Shown piece after piece: positions 39,001 through 51,395 of a DNA stretch of 64,000 bases (positions are counted from its first letter, which is position 1; each line of letters opens with the position of its first letter). The position numbers and the translations under genes were made by a program. The notes under the pieces are model-generated. The model did no database searches. It was given only the letters and a program-made list of their open reading frames with translations, and was not told the DNA's origin. Origin of the DNA: Gnetum montanum (taxonomy: Eukaryota > Plantae > Gnetophyta); assembly GCA_015680685.1 (NCBI GenBank), contig MNCI01002812.1, positions 564,977 to 628,976 on the forward strand, read 5' to 3'.

Positions 39001-42000
39001 TCTTATAAGTTAAACCTTACCAACAAACTTTGGTAGTCATTCAAATGAAATAATATTAAAATAATCAATCCACCATAATCACAATTTAGCCCAAGTGTAA
39101 CTGGCCAAGGATATAAGGAAATAAAAGTGCTCTAAGTTACACATTAAACACTAATCCTTAGTTATGTTGTAATTACATATGGCACCCAAACCTAAGAGAT
39201 TGTAGGAGGGAGGACCATCGCAACCAAGGGATAAGTGATCAAGAGGGGGAAGGGGCTAGCAACCCTAAGAAGAAGCAGCAAAGACACATGCCACGGGACC
39301 TTTTGGAGAGGAGCTTGAAGTGGAATTTGTTTGGTAGATTCCCAAAGTTGAAATCAGTGAGTTGCAACAAGATGAGGTGTTTGGCCCTAGACCAAACCTA
39401 GAAGTCACCTTGACTAAGGCCTGCCTAAGGTAATTTAACACTAAGGAGCTCCAAAGTTTGGTTCTCCAAGAGCTTAACTTTGATCCCTACTTGGACTTGG
39501 CACCACAAGAGGTCAAGACTTAGTAGTAAATATCTTCCTTGTGGCCTATCCTTACTTCTAGTGGGAAGTGGTACTTGGGAGAGACATACCTCTTTTGGAA
39601 CAATAGGCAAGCAAGCACCTTAGTCAAGATCAAGAACATCATGGTGTCCTATTAGGTCAAGGCCATCTTAGAGGCCCTTGAGTTACCTAACACTGAGGCA
39701 ACCTTGGCAGAGATATCAATGCAGGTGGACCTAGAGATCAGGAAAGAATGGATCCAATGGTGCTATGGAGTGGATTGTAAGGAGTATGTTGCACTTCCCA
39801 AGGCAGAGAGGGCCTATTTCAAAATTACAGCCCCTGACTTCAACCCAACATTGAGCCTAAGAAAAATCACAACCTTCATTGCTTGTATGTGTGTTTCTCT
39901 AAGCAATAAATTCCCCGTCAACCTTCCATAGCTCATATTGCTAGAAATTAAGAAGTGGTTCAAAGAGAATAAGTGTGGGAGGAAGACACTCACCTTTCCA
40001 TGTCTTATCAAAAAATTATGCAAAAGGGAAGGCATAGCTCACTATTCCAATGATGCACTACATCATGTTCCTACTACATCTTGGAAGGAGATGATGAAGG
40101 ACATAGTGCTTGCTAAGCTACAAGAAAAGGAGTGGCCACCACTACTACCAACTCAAAAAACAACACCAGAGGCTCATGCTGCCATTGAGCGTATGCAGAA
40201 GCTTCATGAGCAACTCCTATAGTAGTAGTAGGTAGGACTGAGTGGTGGAGATTCATTAGCCTATTAGCTAGATTTGAGCCATTTGAACAAGGTTACTCAG
40301 TCACTCGAACAATAAGCTGGTTGGAGGAGACTGCATCATTGTTCTCTATGCAAAGGATGTAGGCACCTATAGTGTTAAATCTAAGCATCCAAAAGGTGAT
40401 GGTGTCTATCCTAGGATAACAATCCAAATATCTTTAAAAATGTTGCCACTTTTTCGATGCACTTGGAGAAGGGTGAGAGAACAACTATCTTGGTGATGCA
40501 GTACCATGAACAAGAGACAATGGTGGAGGTGATGGCCAATCACATTATAGAGGCATTGAATGCTCTTGTAGCCATAGTGCTTGATATTGCTACACTCAAG
40601 GACATGCAAACATTTGCAAGAGCAAGTGGAAGGCTAAGTGTAGTCCAACATGAGAAGGTGTTGGACCAACTGGGTGGGATCGGGTGACCACTTCTAGAGA
40701 TCTTTGATCTCCCAAAAAATATCATTGCAACCCACTCAGAGCTGCTAGAAGCTAAGGGAAAGGTCATCATTGCCAATGCCCAACTCGAGGTAGCCACTTT
40801 CAAAACTAGACAGTTGGCTACTAAGATCACAGAATTGAGTGCTCATTTAGTTGATCCCACCATTCTTATCTAAGTAGTAACCATGGATGAAGCTTTCTCA
40901 CAACTTCAAAACAAACTAAAAGAGGTTGAGAATGCTAAGGAGATGGTGGTCTTTAATGTGTTCCTCCTGGAGGCCTTGGCCTACAACACCAAGAAGGACC
41001 TATCACAAGTCCTTAAGGAGAATCATAATCTAACCAAGGATATTCATTGCCTACAGAATGTCAAAACACAAAAAGAAAAAATGGTAGAATTTTTGTGACA
41101 ACATCAAGAGTAGCTTGCCAAGGTGAACTTGGATTTGAGGAGGTTAGCTATTGAGAATCAAAATATCTTAATGGAAGAGATCAATATGCTTCACTAGAAA
41201 ATAACCATTAAGATAGCTTCTTGGAAAAATGAGGCCCTAAAGTTTGAAAGGGTCAAGAACCACTATAGAGACTAGGTCCAGCTTCTTAAAGAAGTCAATG
41301 GAAAAGAAATTCAATTAGCCAAGGTGAAGATAAACGAGGCTCTCCAACAAATCTAACAAAGAGGTGATGTGTGAAAACCCATCTTTAATGGGCTATATGT
41401 GTGCAACAAAGTTGTAGTTGTAGATCAAGGAGATGATGGAATATATGTAGTTATCCAACCTCTGTTATGCAAGCTTGGCAATGCTGATTGCTGGAAGTCT
41501 ATGGTTAGATCTAGAAAAATAAGTGGCTAGCTTATACCTCTTCTATAAGGTAGAGTCCAAGCACCACAAAGAAATGAAGCAAAAGCTGGAAATAATTACT
41601 AACAAGCTTGAAATTCTTCGCACCCACTTCATAGATCAACGATCATAGTAGAGTACCTAGCCAAAAGGATGAACGATTACCAAGAGTTGCAAAATCTTGT
41701 CATAATGTTCAACATCAAATGTAAATAATTCACTGCTTGGTTTGTTAATGTCAAGGAGTTGTTCTTGGCCGTGCCCTATTTGTGGGATGTTCCCATACTA
41801 GTGCACATTGATGATGCTACATGAACTATGTATGATCCTCAAACTAAGGAGGAGAAGATGAAGGCACTGCTGGATGCCTTCTTTCTTCCACTGGAAATAA
41901 CATCTATAGTAGGACAACCTCAACCTCAACCTCAACCACAATCACCATAGGCACTAGAGCCTAGAGAAGGTTCATTAGTGCCCTAAGAGCCTCCACCTCC

Positions 42001-43089
42001 TAGAACTGTTTGATTTTCTCTTCATCTTTGGCCATCAGAGGAACTCTAGCTATCAGTTTCTATAAGGGTGTTCAATTTTGTTTTCATGAACACCCATTTT
42101 TGTAAATCATGGCAATCCACATAATCAAGCACTTAGAGTTAGTTAGTTAGTGAGTTAGTGAGTTAGTCCATGGTTCCATACCTTCTCTGATTTTGTAAGA
42201 AGCTTGATCCTCCTTTTGTTCACTCGAGGATGAATTTTTAGTTAGTTGTGGAGGTATGATGAATCATCATTAAGTTGTGTTGGTGGACATGTGTCGATGC
42301 ATCCCCATCAATGCATGTTTTGATGCATCAATGCATATGCATTGACATGGCATCTAGGTCTTCCTATATAAATGCATGTACCTACTACATTTATGGCATC
42401 AGTTAGTCAATAGCTTAACAAAGTTCTTGTAGTTTCTTTCCACAGAAGTTAGAATATTTTCTAGGCACCACCGTAGGATTCAAGGATTGTATGGATCATT
42501 ATTTGAGCACTAATGTACCTAAACACATTGTTGTGATGGCAAGAAAGATGAGATTCTTGATAAAACTTGCATACTTGGAAATAGATTAATGTTTACTTTT
42601 ATGTAATTTACTATTCATGAATTTTACTTCCATGGTTCTAGTTAATTAGTTAAGCATACTTAATTACACACATAAGTATGACCACCTCGAGCATAATGTT
42701 AATGCTTGGTAATCCCATCAGTGCTATCACTTGGTAATCTAGTAGCATTGTAACACGTTTAGGATGTGGACGAAAGGTGGGACTAGATACTTATGTTAAG
42801 AAGTAGGCTAAGACATTAGTTAGCTACTTAGATTAATATTACATCAAGTACTTTGTTTCAAGCTTAGGATAATTACATAAAAATATAAAAATAATACAAA
42901 TCATGTGCCTTGGCTCTAGTTAACCATATGCTTATGCTTACACTAGTTAGGAAGACAATGATCACACCTTTAAATTACTATCTTTACTTCTAGCATTTAG
43001 TGAGCTAAAGTCCACCAAATTCAACAAGATCACTAGTGAAAGCTTGTGGTTTGTATGGTTGGACATAAGGTCTACTTTGTTGCTTATCA
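30044..43089 (+). mobile_element. Full-length degenerate Athila-like Ty3/Gypsy element (gag-PR-RT-RH-INT plus env-like ORF)
   Basis: LTRs 30044-30881 and 42257-43089 (TGATGA..ATCA). PBS TGGCGTTGTTGCTAGGGA at 30883. TSD TAAAT/TAAAG. Gag ~31030-33000, protease KALLDSC ~33700, RT (WISPLVIGPKKEGKWRVYIDFR, MPFGLCNAPATFQ, VFMDDF) 34500-35250, RNase H ~35430-35850, integrase ([10 protein letters not shown]) ~36100-37170. Confidence 0.93.
39179..42013 (+). pseudogene. Athila env-like/ORF2 accessory frame (plant transposon protein domain plus long coiled coil), degenerate
   Basis: Starts MAPKPKR, contains TLTFPCLIKKLCKREGI and heptad-rich EAFSQLQNKLKEVENAKE.., ends in a (QP)n tail. Lies between integrase and the PPT. 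Confidence 0.75.
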
Positions 43090-43243
43090 TAAAGGATTAT
43101 CACTCATATCCATGGTACTTATCTCACTAATGCGATCCTGGGAGGGTTAGTAGATGAGCAAAAGCCTAACCTCTTTGAATGGTTGTGCCCAAGCTTAAAC
43201 CCAAGTCTTTGACTTAAGAAATGAGAACCTTACCATAGTGGAG
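43090..43243 (-). mobile_element. Au/TS-like SINE copy 3 (3' tip separated by the Athila insertion)
   Basis: Minus strand has an A-box-like ATGGTAAGG, a B-box-like GGTTTAAGC and the shared body. 10-bp TSD TGAATCATAT at 30030-30039 and 43244-43253. Confidence 0.78.
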
Positions 43244-45751
43244 TGAATCATATGCTTTTTTAAAAGCAATAAAACAAATAAAATCTTTTTTGTTAGGCAT
43301 ATTTGTAAACTTCATGTAGTGTCTAAGAGTACCTAACTAATCAATAGTGGAGTGATTTTTTCTGAAACCTACTTGACATCTTGTCCTAACCTAGTTACTT
43401 TCAACCTATGAACTAATTCTCTTTTCTAGTAGAGTGCTCAACACCTTAGCAAAAATATTACTTACAATAATTATTCAAATTATTTTAATCCTTTTTTAGA
43501 TAACAAGATAGCTTTAGTTTTCCAATGTTAATTTAATCCTTGCTCCATTTCTTAATTTAATTTGTGTCAAATTTCTCTATGAATAACATATCCTACCCAC
43601 TTTAATAATTTTTCATATAATACATTTAAATCTGTAGCTTTACAAAACACTAGCTTTTTAATATCCTTTATGATTTCCTCAAGAGTAAATTAGAGAGGTG
43701 CTTATTATACAATAGTAGTGTAATTATCATCTTCTCTTGTAAATAGTTTACTAAAAATGAGCAAATATCTTAAAAAGAAAAATTAAATGATGAAGAGGTT
43801 TTATGATGAATACATTGCCAAAATTGTCCAGGTTTCTTTTTAATAGTGTAAGTAAAATATTCCTATTGCTCCCTAATAAATTTCCTTCTTTTGGTTCTAA
43901 TCAAGCTTTTATATGCCTTTTAATAAACTTTGTCTATGACTCTTTGCATTCTTAATATTCTACCTAATCTGTATGCAATCTTCATCAAACCAAGCCTTTT
44001 GATTACTCTATTGTTGTGAATGCGCAACTAGCTTATCTGTTGTAAGTAGAGTTTATTCAAGCTCCTTATGTTCTCTTTCAAGAGTCCTTGTGTTATGTGC
44101 TACATTCATATATTTTTCCTTGATATCTGGGGTGAGTTTGTATTGAAATTTTTTTCTATTTTTATTTTTATTTTGTTTGAGAAATAATTTGAATTTGCAA
44201 CAAAAACTCTACATAGTGATGACAAGACTCCATTAAATCTTCTCCAACTTTCAACTCTTTAATAAAGTCAATATCTTCATAAAAACATAAAATAAAATTG
44301 ATGCAAGAGTTACCTTGAGGTCCTATGAAAGTAAAGGATGAAGATTGAAGAAATCTAGCAAGGCTATTGCAAATCAAAAGATCAAAAAATTTGTTCATTT
44401 AAACAATTGTTAACCCATCTTATTCATAGTGCCATCTATAGAATGTTGGTTCCACTGAATAATTTTTGTTTACCATGAAGCTATCCTTGTATTAAAATCT
44501 CCACAAATAAATAGCAAGCCTTTTGCTAAAAATTCTAGAATATCTTTGCCTAAGAACTAGAAAGGATGATCATGAGACAACTCTATAGAATCATACAATT
44601 CAACATCTTTAGGAGCAAAATAGCATATGACAAGGAAAGCACAACCATGCTGACATAAGATTTTTAGCCAAATATATTGTTTATAATCATTAATTTTTTT
44701 AAAATACATAATTTTAAAGAGATTTAGTCACTAACATTACAATGTCACTAGAAGGTCTACCTCTTCACCCTCCTCTTGTATTTCTTATATCAAATTTAAT
44801 AAATTCAAGAACTACAAAATCTACAAAACCAACATTTTCCCAAGTTTTAACAAAACAAAAAATATCAAAGCCATCAAAGAAGCTAATTCAATTCAAAGAA
44901 ATAACTTTATTTACAATTCCACTGTGAATGTTAAGAAATCCACACCTTAAAAGGCCTATGCATTTTTGAATAATTTTTGTTGTAATTACTATCATGTTGC
45001 TAATATTTAGGTATGCTACAAAAACTTGATATATGATTTATTTTATTTTTTAAAGAGCATAATGGACCTAGTAATCATCCATTATTTAGTTAGAACATTT
45101 TAAAGTCCTTCATTAAGTATTTTCAAGTCTCTCTCCAACCTATCTCTTTACCACATTTTAATAATTCAACATATAATCATTTTGAATATATAGCTTTTTC
45201 AAAAGTTAATTTCTCAATTTCCTCTACTACTTCATCATACCTAAGTTATAAAATATCTTGGAGGACATAACTAGTTATGGTATTTGTTTTGTGGTGAAAC
45301 AATTTTTTATAAAATCGTTTTATTCATGTAAATATAATATCCTTGTTTGGAGACACTTTATTTCTAAAAAGATTCTAAAATTTTTGTGGATCTTACTTTA
45401 TGTAATTGAAACTAAAGCTTTATTACATTCAAAGACCTATAGGATTTATTAGATAGATATTACATTTCATGAAAAATAAAGATAAACTATGCATGAATGG
45501 GGACAAGAAAAACAAATCGGAAACTTCAATTTTAGTAGGTAGCACTAAGTTGTAAACTTTTATAAATCTTGTGGTGTACCTATATTTCACTTATTTTAGG
45601 TTCCAAAAAATCGTATAAGTATTTTACTTTATCATTTGCACCACATATATATGTTACTCTTTTAAAATTTTTTTTTTTTTTTCTGTAAATTAATTTTATG
45701 TTATCCTTATTCAAAGCTTTCTTACTATAGGAATTTTTGATAGCTAACCTT

Positions 45752-45937
45752 TATCATCATCCTAACCTTGTCCTAACAAAATGGGATCAACTACATAAGT
45801 TCTTTTTTGCTATTTGCCTCTATGAAGAGTTAGATCTTTGTTTATTTGTAGTTTCTTCAAATCATCTTTGATCGTTTTTTTCCATGTCTTCTTTGGTCTT
45901 CCTTTCAATGGCTTTCTTGGAACAATGATGTAGTAAC
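45752..45937 (-). mobile_element. 5'-truncated RTE LINE insertion (186 bp)
   Basis: KGRPKKTWKKTIKDDLKKL..VVDPI with a (GAT)n tail. Perfect 16-bp TSD TTTGATAGCTAACCTT at 45736-45751 and 45938-45953. Confidence 0.88.
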
Positions 45938-45959
45938 TTTGATAGCTAACCTTGCTTGC

Positions 45960-47350
45960 AAATATTCTTCATCTAATCATTTCTTTTTACTCATAAACTT
46001 CTTTTGTATAGTAATATTTTTTGCACCCTCTAGCAAAATTTGTTCCAACTAATCTTCAATTTTCTTATTTTCAACAAATTTTATACCTCTTATTGAAAAG
46101 ATTTTATAATACTTCTTAATTTGTGGCATTGCATATTGTTAGAATATATTCCTTCAATAGAAAACTATAAAAAATTATGTATAGACTCTACTAATTTACC
46201 AGCAACAAGAAAGTTAATGATTCTTGGTACATTTTGGAGAATGGTTAGCAATAAATCAATACATGAACATCTTCATTCTTCTTCAAAAGTAAATATTAAG
46301 CTTGATGGAAATTTTTGAATCCCATTTCAAATGATAATATTAAGGCTTTGTTCCCATTCCAATATGTGCTTTCCTATTTAATTTGTTTCATTTTCCTCTA
46401 ATGTTCATTCCTATCCATTTCTAATTTCACTATAATCTTACATATCATGTTGTCCTTGATTATTTTTGCCACTATAAAATATCTATTTGCTTAGAACCAA
46501 TCCTTGCATTAAACTCAACACATATATAAACTTTAACTTTTAATTTAAATTCTACTATATCTTGTTCTAGATATTGAAAAGGGCTTTTTTTTTTAGTTTA
46601 AAATAAACTTGGCTTTGCATAATATATTATATCTCATGGGTGAAAGTAACAGAAAGCAAGAAATACAAGACATTTTCTTTAAATAATCTTCAATCAAAGA
46701 TATTTTTTATGCTCATCAATCTTTTCTATCTTAATTACCTTTTGAACCCTTTTTTAAAAACACAAGATAATCCTCTTGATGGTCTTCCCCATATGTGAGA
46801 TCTAATGCTTGTTACTTTTGTCCTACAAAACTCAAAGAACTCAAAACTTTTAGAATCCTCTTCTTCCTGAATTTCAACGACTTTAAAAATATGAAACTTC
46901 TTTAAACAACCAATATCATATAGTGTAATTGTTTTAGTGGCAATGCCACCATCTGTGTATTCAGAAGTCGACAATGCAAAGTATTTAGGCATTTCAAAAA
47001 ATGCCTTATCTTTGATTAGGGAAATACATTGTACTTTAGAAAAACTACCTTACCCTTTGCTTGTGCTGCTTTTATTAATTTTTCATTCTTTTGGTTTTTT
47101 TTTTTGCAAGCTCTTCTTTCATAGGATCTTCATTTACCTAAAGTTTTTCTCTTTTCAAGTTGCTACCATTATGCTAAACTTATCCTTGAGTTGTTGAATC
47201 ATTAAATTTCATAGTAACATGATGGGGTTTATTACCTCTTGAATTTTGAACAACTTTTACTGAATTTTCTTTTGCACTTTCAGAACTTTAACAAATTGGA
47301 AATTTAAAAGTCTTTTTCTTTTTTTCTTCTTTTTCCTTTGTCAAATCACA
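45960..47350 (-). mobile_element. Further degenerate LINE fragment: ORF1 (RRM-type) and endonuclease
   Basis: ORF1-like VTMKFND..NLKREKL*VNEDPMKEE..AQAKGK at ~47000-47250. EN motifs YDIGCL, GRPSRGL and ICVEFNARIG at 46480-46920. Confidence 0.6.
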
Positions 47351-47469
47351 CCAAGCTCCAACACGTCAAGGAATTGCTTCCACAACTATAAAACTGCTAG
47401 TTCTCTTTCAGATATAATAATTGGAGCCATATCTTCAATAAAAGGAACAAAACCTACTCTTCAGCCCTC

Positions 47470-48170
47470 GATGATAATCTCAGATGCTGCGAAGGAACGT
47501 GTTCGTGGACCCGGCGCGGAAAAGGCGAATTTGGAATCTTTAGACTTTCTGGGGCAGAGGTCGGAGGCGTGGGTCGCCGTGGGGTTGTTGCCGTTGCAGA
47601 GAGTGGAGGGGAAAAGAAAGTTTTGCTTTTGCTCGCCCGCTTTCTGCGGCGTTCATGTCGGACCGTGCACAGTGGCGATTGGCAAGCTCGTGCGGATCCG
47701 TCTCTTATTTGATTAAATCTTTTCGAAAATCACTTGACGTGATGAAAGCAGCATTAGGCCTGTACCTGGAAGGAACCCACGGGCTTTGCCTCATTGCGGT
47801 TATCCAGGCTACAGAGCATTGTAATACCTCGTCCGCCTTACCATTCTCCCAGCTTGAGCGGGAATCGACTCTTATTTATGGGCGATCGTCCGGTGCAATC
47901 ATTGTTATCCTCCATTTGGTTACGCGTGGCTTTTAAGGCAAATCGGCACTAGCCAGGCCTTGGCTTCAAGTTAAATAAGCATGATTTTTAGAGGCCGCGT
48001 TAAGGCTCTGAGGTTCAATTCCTCATGGTTATCATGCCCGCGTCCGTATGTCTGAAAGCTCTGACATTACATGCGTTGCGGTTTATCCTTGATGGATGCC
48101 ATTAGAGCTTAGTGGAGGTTCTCCGTATCAGATTGCGACGAAGAAGAAAAGAAGAAGCTGCTTTTCTGCA
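47470..48170 (+). promoter_or_regulatory. CpG-retaining GC-rich region upstream of the 226-aa gene (probable promoter/5'UTR)
   Basis: Abrupt switch from CpG-depleted TE DNA to CpG-rich sequence. TGACGT core at ~47735. Confidence 0.45.
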
Positions 48171-48172
48171 AA

Positions 48173-48853
48173 ATGAGACTGGAGCCGCGTTCGCTTGGCC
48201 TCAGCCAGGAGGCCAGGGTTTGCGTTTCCGTGATCGGGCTGCTGATGATGTCTGGAGCTATGGCGGGGCTTTTCCTTTGGCGTTTGGTAAACTGGCGCAG
48301 AAAAAGCAAAAGCAGAACAAGCGCCGCCACGGTTGCCGCGCCTCCTCCGCCTCTGGCGTTGGAATTCCAGTACCCGCCGGATCCTTGGAATGTGGCCATG
48401 GCTTTGGATCCACAGATGGATTACGTCAAAGTCCTAGCCAAGCCTCGTAGCTTTCAGGACACCGGGAAGAACCAAAGAATATCCCTTGCAGAGACCGAGC
48501 ATGAAGCAAAAAACAAAGGATCGTGGCGCAAATCGTGGCTGTTCCGGCCTCTGTCGAAGAGGGAGAGAAATGATTCTCAACACACGCAGCAGCAACAACA
48601 GAGAGTGCTCAAGAGATCCTTGTCAGGACCACTGCAAAGCAGGAGCGAGCCGTACATGATGCGCAAGTGGAACTCTTCGGGGCCGATTTACAGCGACGGC
48701 ACGACAACTGAGCCGGTGAACAGGAGCAGAAATGCCAAGGGATCTCTGAGCGGCAGTGCCACTCCGGACAGGCTGCAACTGCAGGAGTCGCCATACCAGC
48801 AGCTTAGGTCCTCGCATCATCGCGCCCTCGCTCACGCCATCTACGTTGTCTGA
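48173..48853 (+). CDS. Uncharacterised intronless single-pass membrane protein, 226 aa
   Basis: Intact ORF in a CpG island. N-terminal hydrophobic helix VCVSVIGLLMMSGAMAGLFLW followed by basic RRKSKSR, then a disordered Ser/Arg-rich tail with RSLSGPL and NSSGPIY. Confidence 0.75.
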   Translation: MRLEPRSLGLSQEARVCVSVIGLLMMSGAMAGLFLWRLVNWRRKSKSRTSAATVAAPPPPLALEFQYPPDPWNVAMALDPQMDYVKVLAKPRSFQDTGKNQRISLAETEHEAKNKGSWRKSWLFRPLSKRERNDSQHTQQQQQRVLKRSLSGPLQSRSEPYMMRKWNSSGPIYSDGTTTEPVNRSRNAKGSLSGSATPDRLQLQESPYQQLRSSHHRALAHAIYVV

Positions 48854-50695
48854 CGTGCCACTGAACGCTTTAGTTTTCCTGGTAGTAGCGGTCAACTTAA
48901 GACAGCTTTTTTGTCTTGCTTGGTGCAAACGCGTTTTCGCAAAGGCCTCTTTTACACCGTGATTATGCGAAACAGTTTTAAAACAAATGCCTTTGCCAGA
49001 CTGACCTGGCAGCGCATTTTCAGCTGGATGTGTTTTTATTTTTATTTTTCCATGATGAGTTGAGAATTAGCTATAGACTTATAATCATAGAGGGTCATTA
49101 TTTGGAGTGATTGGTGAAGTGCTTGTCATTCATGACCCTCTCGGACCATGTTTGGAAGAATGAACATAGTGAGTTCAAGTAATTGAACATCTAAATTGTC
49201 TAATAGATCTTACGTCTTTCGTTTAAGTTTTTAAATTGTGATGATGGTTGCATAAGTTTTTTAGTTTATAATGGCTTTACATCGTTATTTTCATCGCAAT
49301 GGACACTTATTTTAGAGGATAGCTTATAATACTTTAAATCTTTATTAATGATTTATTTTTAACTAAAATTAAAGAAACTTGAAAGTAATCAAAGAAGAAA
49401 GGCTCGTGTAATGTGAGTAGAGTAGGCTTAGTGGCTATTTTTAATTCCATGTTAAAGTTTTTGCTTCCATGTACTAGGAGCTATAATTGTTATTTGTTTA
49501 GTGAAGGGTCATAAAAGGTTATGTTGACATCTAAAGTCTAAAAAGGGAAACAATGGGCCAAAAGCCTTCATGAGAGGCCCATGCTAAAAGAGGAAGGATG
49601 ATTTTGGAAAAAAGGAAAAAGAAAAAGAAACAAAGAAAAAGAAAAAGAATGAACCTCTCTCATTATAGATGTTAAACTTGAAGTGCATAAAGAATCTCTT
49701 TCCTTTCTTTATTTTGAGTGTTTTGTGCAAGCTGATGAGTGCTTCAACTCTTTTTACCATTTTGTTGGTGATAGGTGTGTGCTCTTTCCCCAATAGTTTC
49801 ACAGAAAACTCATTTTAGGTGGTTGCTGGTCTTTGGTACTACCAAAGTTTTGTAACTTTATTTAAGTATTATTTTTTAGTTGGGGAATAAGGTTTGTTGT
49901 AAAACTATAGTTAAATAATAAAACTTAAACAAAGATACTTCACAAGGAGCTTAAATTAGTACCAATTAATAAAAGCATAAATTTTTGCTAATCACACTCT
50001 TAAATAAATAGTATTCCATTTGAAACCTTAGAAAATTAGAAGTTTTTTTATAAATGAAATTACTTAGTTCTTTGCATTGTATTCATCTAAATAAGAAAAG
50101 ATGAATTTTTTGTCGAAACACTAAAAATAATTCAAACCATCTGCTTATGATTTTCTTCTATAAATACATTGTAAGTAAATCAATAAATAGAGCTATGCTT
50201 TTAAAGATCTTTGAGAAAAATTGATTTGAGTTACAAGTTTTTTAGTGTTAAAAATAAGCCAAACTCATGGAAGAGTGGATACACAAATGGAGCTATTAGA
50301 GCAAGATTACTTCGATTTGCTTTAACCCTTCAAAACACACAAACTCTAGATAGTATGCAAGACACATTAATTGCTAGAAAATAAGCAAACTAGCTATCTT
50401 TTATTAAAACTGAAAGAAGTTTACAATACAATGGAACCACAATTCCACATAACAACAACACTCATACACTCAACAATATTGCAGAGCATTAGGCTCTACA
50501 ACCAAGCACATGATCGACCTCAATGTAAGGTATAATCAGTCTAGATCTCTTCCCCACACACATAGGACTAAGATCCAACATATATAAAAACTCACAATGA
50601 TTAATATCACATACACAACTGACAATAGAGATGCACACAACTCTCATGTAATCTCTCTCTCAACTCTACGCATTCTCTCATGCAAACATGATCAA

Positions 50696-51395
50696 TGATG
50701 AAGTCTAAATAAGTTGGCTATGTTGATGTAGCCCTATCTATGTATCCTTGGATGCATTGACACATATGCATCAATGCTGATCCTCCCTAATTCTATATAA
50801 ATGTGCACACTAGTTGCATTTTTTGCAAATTTGGTCATTCCTCTAGCAAAGCTCTTGTAGTTTTCTTCCTTTGAGTGCTTGCAACATGGATTGAATTGAT
50901 TGTATGGAGTTTTATTTGAGTGCAAAATGAATTTGGACAATTTTGCATGATGGAAATAAAATCAAGATTTTTTCTCTCCATTGTAGCACTTGGATTAGCA
51001 TTTAGTTTTCTTACAAGTGCCTTACTTTTACATGCACTTTACTATTCTACACTTAAGAATTTAACATTTTATTCTACATTAACATGAGTACAATCACTTT
51101 CAGCGTAATATACTAATGCTTGGTAATTCTAGTAGTGAATACTTGGTACACCCAATAGTAAATCCTTGGTAACCCAACTATGTTAGTATAAGTTCAAGAT
51201 GTGTACGAAAAGTGGGAATGGATACTTTATGTTTAGAATAGTTAACTTACCCTTGTTAATTAGTTTAAAGTTTAATATTTCAATTACTTCACCTCTTAAT
51301 AGTTTTAAAGAAAAAAAATTATAAATCCAAATATCTTACACCTTAATTACACTTAGCCATATGAAACACTAGTAAGCATGCACCTTAATCACATT
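50696..51395 (+). mobile_element. Truncated solo LTR related to the 30044 element LTR
   Basis: TGATGAA start, ATGCAT/GCATCAATGC palindromes, TATATAAATGTG box, AAAGCTCTTGTAGTTT, and CTTGGTAA repeats, as in 30044-30881. Confidence 0.65.

Larger units (their letters stand above)
28560..44950 (-). mobile_element. RTEX-like (non-L1, non-RTE) LINE ORF2 split into 28560-30039 and 43244-44950 by SINE plus LTR insertions
   Basis: EN: GFLNIHSG..FDIFCFVKTW and ICGDFNTRI. RT: QVGFRKNHSTID, FKKAYDS, KQGCLLSPTLFSIFIDE, LLLYAIDVVLI..LQVNVDKTKLM. C-terminus LSSHHLRIE..C..EDE. The KAYDS motif is split by the duplicated TGAATCATAT. Confidence 0.8.

Noticed and set aside
47950-48035. B-box-like GGTTCAATTCC, possible tRNA or SINE
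   Set aside because: I could not build a cloverleaf, a convincing A-box spacing or a TSD.
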